Part shown: in pieces, positions 54,657 through 64,000 of the stretch
Layout: each line of letters starts with the position of its first letter
Position numbering within the stretch: position 1 is the first letter of the stretch
Assembly: GCA_043228905.1 (NCBI GenBank)
Contig: JBHGNT010000001.1
Span: forward strand, 28,706,001 to 28,770,000
DNA: 64,000 bases
Direction of reading: 5' to 3'
DNA from: Azolla caroliniana
Lineage: Eukaryota; Plantae; Polypodiophyta
Position numbers and translations under genes: made by a program
The notes under the pieces: generated by a model
What the model saw: only the letters and a program-made list of their open reading frames with translations
What the model was told of the DNA's origin: nothing
Databases searched by the model: none

Positions 54657-57206
54657 ATGGAGCTTGGCCATCATCGGCATCGCGATGGCCTCACACGTGA
54701 TTACTCATCACCCTCACTCCGTCGCCCTAAGAAAACTTCTGCTGAAGTTCGAATCTTCCCGAAAGCCCAACAGCTGCAGTCTGATCAGCTGCAAAAACCT
54801 AACCAGACCCCTTCCTCCCTCTCTAGCTCTCTCATAATTGGCTATGTCAAATCGGGCGATCCAAGGCGAGCTCTCGATGTGTATCAACAACACATGGCAT
54901 CGTGCCCTCCCCCTCCTCCTCATGATGATGATGATTCACACGTTCATGATCTTAGTTCACCTGCCTTTGTGGCCCTGCTTAAAGCTTGTGCGAAGCTACG
55001 TGACCTGAAGCTAGGATGTGAAATACATGCCTTCATCAATCGTGACAGAGGTGACCTTGAAAACAATGTCTTTATTGGTAGTACATTAGTTGATATGTAT
55101 GCGAAATGTGGCTTGATTTCAAAAGCTCGGATTGTATTCGATATGCTTCCATTTAGGAATGTTGTCACTTGGAATGCCTTAATCATGGGGTATGTCAAGG
55201 CAGGGCTTGGTCGAGAAGCCATTATTTGTTTTGATGATCTGCGAGAAGAAGGGATCTCTCCAAATTTGGCTACCTTTATTTCTGTATCGAAAGCTTGTAT
55301 CAATTGTGGAGATGTTGATGTTGCCCAAAGAATCTTTGTCGAAATTGCAGAACAGGGTCTAGAAAGTGACCTTCTTGCAGGTAGTGCATTCGTTGACATG
55401 TTTGCTAAGCTTGGATTACTTGAGAAATCACAAAGAGTATTCAACAAGCTTCCAGTGAAGGATGTGGTCTCCTGGACATCTCTCATTGCTGGATACGCGG
55501 AACATGGGAATAGTGAGGAAGCATTGAACTTTTTAGATCAGATGCAGCTTGAAGGTATACATCCGAATTCTATAACATATACTTGTGCCCTGAAAGCTTG
55601 TGGAAACTTACAAAGCATACAAAAAGGTAGAGAATTGCACTCTGAGATTGCAAGAAAAGGCATGTTGGACAAAGATATCGAGCTTGACAATGCATTGGTC
55701 GATATGTATATGAAATGTGGATTTATGGAAAATGCACGAGAAGTGTTTGATGGGATATCGGTTCCAGATGTAGTTTCATGGAATATATTAATTGTAGGTT
55801 ATACTGAACATGAATCAGGAGAAGAAGCTCTCCGATGTTTGGACCGAATGCAATATGATGGTCTTACTCCAGATCCCATCACATTTGTAAGTGCCTTGAA
55901 AGCATGTGCAAATATAAATGATGTAATGAAAGGAGCTCAAATACACGAGGAAGTTGCTAAACAAGGTTTATTAGAAAAGAACTTGGTGGTTGGAAATACA
56001 TTGATTGATATGTATGGCAAATGTGGTTTGCCAGGAAAAGCACAGGATGTGTTCAATATGCTTCCAATTCGCAACATCATCTCATGGACTGCCCTTATGT
56101 CTGGATATGTTGACCAGCATTACAATAGAGAGGTCCTTTACTGGTTTTATAAAATGCAAGAAGAAGGGTTGATTCCTGATGCTGCTGCATTTTCATGTGG
56201 CTTGAAAGCTTGTGGTAGTCTAGGAGCCATTTGCAAGGGCCAAGAAATCCATTTAGAAATCGTGAAAAAAGGATTGGAAATAGAAAATCTCATTGGTAGC
56301 ATATTGGTTTATATGTACGCTAAGTGCCACGCCCTTGTAGAAGCACAAGATGTATTTGATAAATTGCCTGTCCAAGATGTTGTCTCATGGACTTGTCTGA
56401 TCACAGGATATACAGAGAATGGGCAAGGTGGCAAAGCATTAAACTGTTTAGAGAAGCTGCAACATGCAGGCCTCATTCCAAATTCTGTAACATATCTTTG
56501 CAGCTTGAAAGCTTGTGGTTATGTAGGAGCAGTAGAAAAGGGTAAAAACATTCATGCTGATATTGTTCAGAGAACTTCCTTGGAAAGAGACCTTGTTGTT
56601 GGCATCGCACTCATTGACATGTATGCAAAATGTGGCTTAGTTGCAAATGCATTGGAAGTATTTGAAAAACTTCCGGAACGAGATATAGTCTCATGGAATG
56701 CATTAGCCACAGGGTATGCATTGCTCGGTGAAAGTAGAAAGGTCTTTCATGTTGTTGATAGAATGTTGGAGGAAAGTGAAGTTCCAAACCCAGTAACATT
56801 TATCAGTGTTCTTAATGCATGTACTCATCAGGGTCTAGTCAACAAAGGGCGAACCTATTTTGAGTATATGAGTGGATACTATGGCATCATCCCAAACCAA
56901 GAACACTTTACGTGCATAATCGATCTTCTTGGCCGAACTGGCCAATTAGATGAAGCTATTGGAATAGTTAAGAAGATGAATGTTGAACCTGATGTGGTGA
57001 TGTGGCATACCGTGTTGAGTGCTTGCCAGAAGTGGGGCCATTCAGATCTCGGAAAGGTAGCCTTTGAGTGTGCAGTGCATTTGGATGAGAAGAGTGCAGC
57101 AGCATATGTCTGTATGTCTAACATTTATGCAGATGTCCGCTTGCAGAAAGAAATAAAAAAGGTAGAAATATTCACACATATGGATCAAACATGGAAGGGG
57201 AAGTGA
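54657..57206 (+). CDS. Intronless PLS-class PPR protein with an E domain and no DYW; putative organellar RNA-editing specificity factor
   Basis: Repeated P-L-S triplets (LVDMYAKCG...VVSW..LI.GY...LKAC), then the terminal HFTCIIDLLGRTG...MWHTVLSACQKWG...AAYVCMSNIYA. First in-frame ATG at 54657. Confidence 0.95.
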   Translation: MELGHHRHRDGLTRDYSSPSLRRPKKTSAEVRIFPKAQQLQSDQLQKPNQTPSSLSSSLIIGYVKSGDPRRALDVYQQHMASCPPPPPHDDDDSHVHDLSSPAFVALLKACAKLRDLKLGCEIHAFINRDRGDLENNVFIGSTLVDMYAKCGLISKARIVFDMLPFRNVVTWNALIMGYVKAGLGREAIICFDDLREEGISPNLATFISVSKACINCGDVDVAQRIFVEIAEQGLESDLLAGSAFVDMFAKLGLLEKSQRVFNKLPVKDVVSWTSLIAGYAEHGNSEEALNFLDQMQLEGIHPNSITYTCALKACGNLQSIQKGRELHSEIARKGMLDKDIELDNALVDMYMKCGFMENAREVFDGISVPDVVSWNILIVGYTEHESGEEALRCLDRMQYDGLTPDPITFVSALKACANINDVMKGAQIHEEVAKQGLLEKNLVVGNTLIDMYGKCGLPGKAQDVFNMLPIRNIISWTALMSGYVDQHYNREVLYWFYKMQEEGLIPDAAAFSCGLKACGSLGAICKGQEIHLEIVKKGLEIENLIGSILVYMYAKCHALVEAQDVFDKLPVQDVVSWTCLITGYTENGQGGKALNCLEKLQHAGLIPNSVTYLCSLKACGYVGAVEKGKNIHADIVQRTSLERDLVVGIALIDMYAKCGLVANALEVFEKLPERDIVSWNALATGYALLGESRKVFHVVDRMLEESEVPNPVTFISVLNACTHQGLVNKGRTYFEYMSGYYGIIPNQEHFTCIIDLLGRTGQLDEAIGIVKKMNVEPDVVMWHTVLSACQKWGHSDLGKVAFECAVHLDEKSAAAYVCMSNIYADVRLQKEIKKVEIFTHMDQTWKGK

Positions 57207-59317
57207 CATAAATGGTGAACCACGGGCTAGTGGTATTGGATGGATGCTAATGTGAATTTGTGGATGTATATTTGAAGAAGTATGGGCTGAATACCTCATG
57301 TTCCTCCGCAATGACTGTGGGAGCTCAGGTATAAAAGCTCCATATAAACTTCTGTAATGAGGACCTACGGGCAACACTGAGACAGAATTGATGATAAAAG
57401 ATTTATGGGGTGAAACAAGAACATACAAGCTGCTTATTTTGTGTGCCTGTGTATATCGCCCATTTGAAAAGTAAGAACAGAGAGATTTGACCCTAGACCC
57501 AGAGGAAATGACAACTTCTGCCCTATGTAGGTAGCCTTGGGAATCTAGTGGAACTATCTCTCTCACTAGCACCAAAGAGGATGGTAAACTAAGTGTATGT
57601 AAATGGAAAATAATGTATCTTTGGGGGAGAGCTGCTGGCCACCTGGCATCAATTACATCTGTGTGAGGTCATGTTTGGTGGGTTGGAGCTATTAAGGTGT
57701 CAGTAAGATCCAATGATTTGATAAAACATAGCCAAGAACTTCTACTTCATTCGTGTAAAACGGACTTCTATTAAACAAGTCATATTTTTATTATATTAAA
57801 ATCCATAGCTTTGTCATAAACATCCTGGCTACACAACACAACATCAGTAAGTTAAGAAAGATATTATTCGTAATTCAGCTAAATGTAGCTGATGTATTCA
57901 TGAGTGATAACTTTGAATTAGAGATATCTAGAATAAAGGCTAGGGATGGATCAACCATGGAACAAAGAGACATTTCTTGTCTCGTTGTGTATCATTTACT
58001 ATATGGAAATTATAAGGCAACTCATAGTGTTTCCCTTACCTTTGAGTCTTCGACTACCAATCTAATAATAAACATATACTTGATGGCATTCCAAAGTTAG
58101 CATATATGTCAATGAATGGCAATTCAAGGTTGAATCAGAAAAGTGCTAATTAGTGAATGAAATAATTTCTCCAAGATTGAAATAGAAAATTGACAAAAAT
58201 TTAACAAAATGTCATGATTTCAAAATGTCAATAATATGTATATCCATATTATATACTTATTGTCCATAACTCCCTTATAGAGTGTTTTGCTTTTATGCTT
58301 TATTGGCTAATAGCTATCTTGGTGTATTGCACTATGGTCCATTCACAATCTCTCTCTTGAACTCGAGGACAACCCATCTTTGCTATTTACTGAATTATAA
58401 AATTTGCAACATTTGCAAAATTATTTCTTCATGGACTTTTAGAATCAAGATGATCTTGTTGAATATAAGCTTATGAGGGCTTTATGGTCAATACACATCC
58501 TAATTTATCTATTGTCTTATATAATGTATTGCATAGAATACATAATATTTTGGCATGTGATTCTCCTAAGATTAAAGAAATATATATATTGAATTGAATA
58601 CCCCAAAAAAAGTCTCCACACAAAATGTAACTATGTCGAACTATAATAGAAAATAAGTTTGTTGGGCATTGCAATTAATAATCTTGGTTGAAAAAGTACT
58701 ACTAGATGTAATCCAATCACAAAGTGCCACAACAAGACGTGGTAATTACTAATTTGTTTGGTGGGAGGGGGCATTCATTTAATTTGGATGGGGATGTAGG
58801 TCATAACAAAAGCAATATGTTTCTTCTTTATTTAAAATTTTATGGACATAATACACATGGTGACTTGAGCACAACTATGACGGCATGTTTGGTTACCAAC
58901 GTGCTACGATCTTCAATCATTGCGGAAACATATCCATGGCAGTGTGCAATCAAAATACTTCAAGAGTAAATTATCTGTAACCATGATTTCAATCAAAACT
59001 TACAATGAAGAAAGTGCACTAATCCAACTAAAATTATGAATTATTTTAAACAAAAATGGCTATTGTATGCGATCTCAAATTCAAATTATGAAGATATCTT
59101 TGTAGCATTTGAAAAAGTAGAAAGAGGTTCATCTCTCGATCATGACCTTTTATAACATGCTCCCTTTGAAACATTTTTTATCTTGTTTGATTTATTGTTG
59201 ATTGATTGTTATGGTTGTTCACATTAATGTCTACTCACCACATCATACCCATATCCTTAGACTAGACAACCCATCCTACTCATCTATGGGACATTGTCAC
59301 AAAGTTTAACCCCTCTT

Positions 59318-62300
59318 CGCTGCACTTTTCTAGAGCCGTCGGGAATGCTAGGGGCGGTAGTCTTGCACGGCTAGACCGCATATACATCAGCTCATCCCTC
59401 GAAGAGCTCGGGGGCTCCTTTGCTATCTTGGCAGGTCTTACCTTTTCAGATCATCAGCCGGTGAGACTAGACCTTAACCCACCCAACGATAGCAAGGGCA
59501 GTCTCAATGTAAAGATCCCCATAAAGATCATGAAGAGTGAAGCGGTGAAGGCCGGTTTACAGAGTATATGGCAGGACACCATGGGCAATAAATCAGCCAG
59601 CGAAGATCTGCAGAAAAAATTGGCCCTCTCCTCCTCCTTTTTACAACAAGAGACCAAGCGCGCCCTCCAACAGGTTAGAGCCATCGAAACAAAATTAAGG
59701 AAGGCCGTTGCGGCAGCGCAACGGCTGTTACAGGTAGACCCTAGTTGCAAATGGTCTAGAGCTAAGCTAGAGGAAGCAAAGATGAAGGTACAGGAAAGGA
59801 CTCTGGAGAAGAACCGAATGTTGTTTCGAAGAAACGCAGCATGGTGGGCTAGAAAAGACGACAAGGTCAACCGACATTTCTTTCACTATAAGGCACCCAA
59901 GGGTGGTGGTGGACGTATACACGGGCTGCGCAAACCAGACGGCTCAATAACGGAGGACAAGACTGAGGTTCTGGAAATGGCAACACAATACTATCGTGAC
60001 CTCCTCGCACCTATGCATGTGAGGCAAAACTTGGAGCTAGCTGATCGAGTGATGTCTTGCATTCACCCCAAGGTAACCCAAGAGATAGAAGTTGTGGTCG
60101 ATAGTCCCATCTCTCGTTTAGAGCTCTCGGAGGCACTTAGGGGATTGCGAAGGGGTGCATGCCCTGGCCCTGATGGTCTCTCACGAGATTTCTTCGAGAT
60201 TCAGTGGGAATGTGTTATCCCGTCCTTGGAAGCCGGGTTCCAAGAGATTTGGTCCTCAGGAAAGATGCCGATTGGTTTGGCTGAGGGGATGATATATCTC
60301 ATCCCCAAATCCCAAGAGCGAAGCCTAGAGTTGCGCCAATGGCGTCCAATCACGATCCTTAACACGGCATACAAGATACTCGCTAAAGTCCTAGCTCAAC
60401 GATTAGCAAGCTTCTTACCGGACATCATACACGACAATCAAACTGGGTTTGTCAAGAACAAGTGTATCTTTGATAATGTGTTGCTTCTTTGGGAAGCTAT
60501 GGCATTGGCCAGTCGCTCCGTATCGAGCTCGGCTATTCTGATGCTAGACTTCGAGAAGGCCTACGATAGGGTGTTATGGCCCTTTTTGGAAAATGTGATG
60601 AGAGCTTTGGGCCTACCTCAAAAATGGAGGAATTGTACTTCTGCACTCTATCGGACAGCTACGAGTAGCGTGCTGATGGCTGGATCTAGGGGACCCGCCT
60701 TCCAACTACAACGCTCAGTGAGGCAAGGTTGTCCCCTAGCCCCATATCTCTATCTCTTTGTAACCGAGGCTTTCTCCGCCTACTTACAAGCACCAACTAG
60801 CTAGCTGCGGGGATTGCCCATCCCCAATGCGACTGAAGATTTGTTGTTATCTGAATATGCCGACGATACGGTTCTTTTCTTGCAAGGTGATGAGGAGAAT
60901 TTACAGCGGGCTGAACATCTTGTCGAGGACTTTTGTCAGGCGGCTGGTGCCAAGATCAATTGGAATAAAACCCAAGGTCTATGGTTCAGCGAACAGGAGA
61001 CATCAAGATGGCAACCCCATGCCGATTTTACGTGGGTCCCTAGTGGGATGACTTTCAAGTACCTTGGATTTACGATGGGGAGGTCAATCCCCAAGGGAGC
61101 GCAATTGGCCCACGTACAAGCCAAAATAAGTAAGAAGCTGAACCAGTGGAGTAGATCTAAATTGTCCTTCGCTGGTAGGGTCCTTGTGGCGAACCAAGTG
61201 CTGCTCGCTACCATGTGGCACTCAGTCTCATACTGGATTATGGACCCTACAGGTTTGCACGCGATTAAGGCTGCCATTAGGGGGTTTATATGGTCAGGTA
61301 AGGACAACCCAAGGGCTGCCGCCAGAGTCTCATGGTGTTGGTTAACGCAACCACGGGCCAAAGGGGGGCTTGGCCTCATAGACCCCTTAATGCAGAGTCG
61401 TGCATTGCTGGCTAAAATGGTGGTTCGCTGCCTCCTGCCAGGTAAGGGGTGCTGGAAGGTACTTCTTCGCAACAGGCTGCAAGTAGGGACTCCCAAGTAT
61501 GGTAGGCCTTGGCCCGACTCCTTAAATTGGTGTTGCACGAGCGGAGTCCCACCCAGGCTGGCTTGCCATCCGGAGGACAGGGTCACGAACTCCATCTTGT
61601 GGGCATGGTGCCATATACGACAACATTTGGTCAAGCACACCCCGGAGACATTGACCGAATAGACTAGACAGCCACTATTCTGGAATCCTCATGTGCGAAC
61701 GAATGACAACGCGATGCTAGGGCAACTTAAGGGCCTAGCATGGGGAAAGTTGGCACAAACAGGCCTCCTATCTATAGACGATTGGAGACGCATGTCCGAT
61801 TCAGGAAGAGCCAAAGAGGACCTTTTCCCTCCCCTCAAGGGAGCTACGAAAATGCGGAGACTGATAGTTGAGGCAGTTGACAGGGTTCCGATGGGGGAGG
61901 CGAGAGAACATGCATGGTTCGGTCTCTTTGACGAGGCTGGAATGGTCAAGTCGCTAAAGGGCATGAGCGGATCGGGGAGTGATATAGTCTTTGGGGACAG
62001 CCAGAGCAGCGGCTCTTGGCACCCAATCCGAGTGGTGGCACAGATTGATAACATCTGGAAGACAGACCCGGATGTTGCTAAGGTGGAAACCCATTGGAGG
62101 CTAAGGGTATACGGTTGTCGCCCCCTTGTCGATCTGGATTGGGACCCCGGGGATTTCAGATGGAAACATGACGATAGACTCCACCACTTCTTCGATTACA
62201 CCACTAAATTGGGTCGGACTTTGCAGTTGCAGCCAGGCGGCCCCCTTCACAACGGCTGGCGAACATTGGGCATCCCCGATGAGGTGCTCACTGCCTTCTG

Positions 62301-63218
62301 GAAGGGTCTTTGGCATCTCCACATGCCTGAAAAGATTAAGCTCTTTTGGTGGCAAATTGGTCATAATATGGTGCCCGTTGGCGAATGGTTAGATAAACGT
62401 GGCGGCCCGTTAGGCTGCCCACTGTGCTCTCTACCTATTGAGTCTCTGAGACATTGTTTGTGGGATTGCCCTCAAGCTCAAAAGGTATGGGATAGAGTGA
62501 CTCGCCTCCTTGTGGCATGTGAAGTTGAAGGAACAGCCTCGTGGAGCGCTGCGGCATGGATTGATCACTCGGTCGAAGGGTGGACGAACGCCGTCAATGC
62601 GGATAGTTGGTGCTATGTATGCACGAGAGGCAAAATCGTCAAGATCCGTTTTGAAAGAGGCTTGCAACCCGCATCCCCTAGGTTTCCGGAAATCTGGATG
62701 TTGATCGCAGGTTTCACCTTGTGGTATATATGGAAAGCGCGTTGCCTCAAGGTCTTCCAAGGTACGGTACGGCCCCCGGAGGAAATGATCATGGACATAT
62801 GGTTCGCGCTTATTAGCTGCCTACGAGGGCAACTGGAAGAGGTTTGCAGCCACTCCAACGACGTGACCACTGCCCGTTTGCGCTTTTGGCAGAAATGGCG
62901 GAACACACCTATGGTGATGCAAGGCGGGAGTGGCCCGAGGTGGAACTACCAGCCCCCACGTTGGTTGTTTCCTACTCACCTGCCACCCTCTCTTCGGTGT
63001 AGGCCCCAAGAGCCGACTCGTATTAGGCAACATTGAAGGGCATCGCCTTGGATACAGGTAGCTTCTTACATTAAGTTAGGCCGCAAGGCAATGTAAGTGG
63101 CTCATCTTCTTTGGCTTGATCAGAGGAAGTCTCCCCGATGTGTGTATAAGTCTCCTTATAGACTCTATGTAATAATCCTTCCTAACTAATGGGAAAGTAG
63201 CTTTACTTTGGAAAAAAA
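59318..63218 (+). mobile_element. L1-type LINE, 5'-truncated within the APE endonuclease. ORF2 (EN remnant-RT-zf-RVT) is in one frame with two premature TAG stops; poly(A) tail; 17-bp TSD
   Basis: RLDRIY, SDHQPV, CPGPDG, WRPITILN..YKI, QTGF, LDFEKAYDRV, VRQGCPLAP, YADD, KYLG, KGGLG and CPLC....ESLRHCLWDC. Stops at 60802-60804 and 61660-61662. TSD AAAGTTTAACCCCTCTT at 59301-59317 and 63219-63235. Confidence 0.96.
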
Positions 63219-63838
63219 AAAGTTTAACCCCTCTTAAGAAGAATTTTCTTTCTTGAAAACAAACTTGTGGTATAGTTTAAACAACACAATATTGTACACG
63301 TATACTTCGTGACTCTTGAGACGAGCATGCCATTTGAATAAAGCTTGGCAAATCATGATAGGGGTCAACGAGTTCTCTTGTTTGAAAAATCTAGAATATT
63401 TTATTATCCATGTGATATGGAGGACACTTTGATATATGTAAAGACATTTTCGTTCATGACTTATATATTGTCATATTCTATGAAGCTTGCTTTTGTGAAA
63501 AATAGGATTACACAAGTTTTCCCTCTTGAGATTTTAATGGGTAACTCGCCATGGGACACTAATCCTAGGGTATCCAAAACTTACTGTGAAACACATATTC
63601 CAAAAGATAACTAGAATTGAGGATGAGCGTGTGTCAAGGGCACTCATTTACTCATTGTAAGCCGTCATTTTAAAAAAGAGACGACCTTCTACAATGGTAA
63701 GCACACCAAGCATACAATGCAAAGTATGCTGATGTCACTTTTGAATAAACCATTGAATTTTATTAGTATTGCAACCTAGACCTTTCCCACAAAATGTAGG
63801 TGCCTTGATATTCTTCATAACAATTGCCGCCTCCACAC

Positions 63839-64000
63839 TAGGGATCGGCAACGGCTCGGCTCAAGCCTAAACCGTTTGGCTTAGCCGGCTTAAAGCGGCT
63901 TAGCGGCTCGGCTCGGCTCGGTTTAAGCTTGAACTTGCCTTAACGGTTTGAGCTCGGCTCAAGCCGTCTAAGCCGTTTAGAAACGAGAGAGAGAGAGAAA
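63839..64000 (+). mobile_element. Probable left end of a hAT-like DNA transposon/MITE
   Basis: Starts TAGGGATCGGCAA (similar to the Ac-type TAGGGATG terminus), followed by dense GGCTC/GGCTT/AGCC subterminal repeats in both orientations. Confidence 0.65.

Noticed and set aside
60936-61640. 234-aa antisense ORF inside the LINE
   Set aside because: Shadow ORF of the GC-rich ORF2, with no recognisable motifs.
63260-63800. Possible Gypsy RNase H relic flanking the LINE
   Set aside because: No clear motif; many stops.

Overview
Nuclear genomic DNA of a land plant, most likely a seed-free vascular plant such as a fern (inference from the style of the PLS-PPR, a candidate cilium-related gene and the L1 family). 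About 8 genes were reconstructed by hand with phase-consistent splice sites: lycopene epsilon-cyclase (-, runs off the left edge); a 44-aa single-TM microprotein candidate (+); an intron-rich P-class PPR resembling EMB3103/At1g10910 (+); a 253-aa 'YNPITL' protein of unknown, possibly flagellar, function (+); a 19-exon bacterial-type UvrD/PcrA helicase with a transit-peptide-like N-terminus (-); a galectin-GT31 Hyp-O-galactosyltransferase (+); allantoate amidohydrolase (-, two GC-AG introns); and an intronless PLS-E PPR (+). Mobile DNA: a 3.9-kb 5'-truncated L1 with an intact 17-bp TSD, a diverged L1 3' fragment, a ~156-bp L1 tail just upstream of the PLS-PPR, a hAT-like end at the right edge, several degenerate relics and local tandem or inverted duplications. 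Family calls come from motif recognition by eye; no database search was run.
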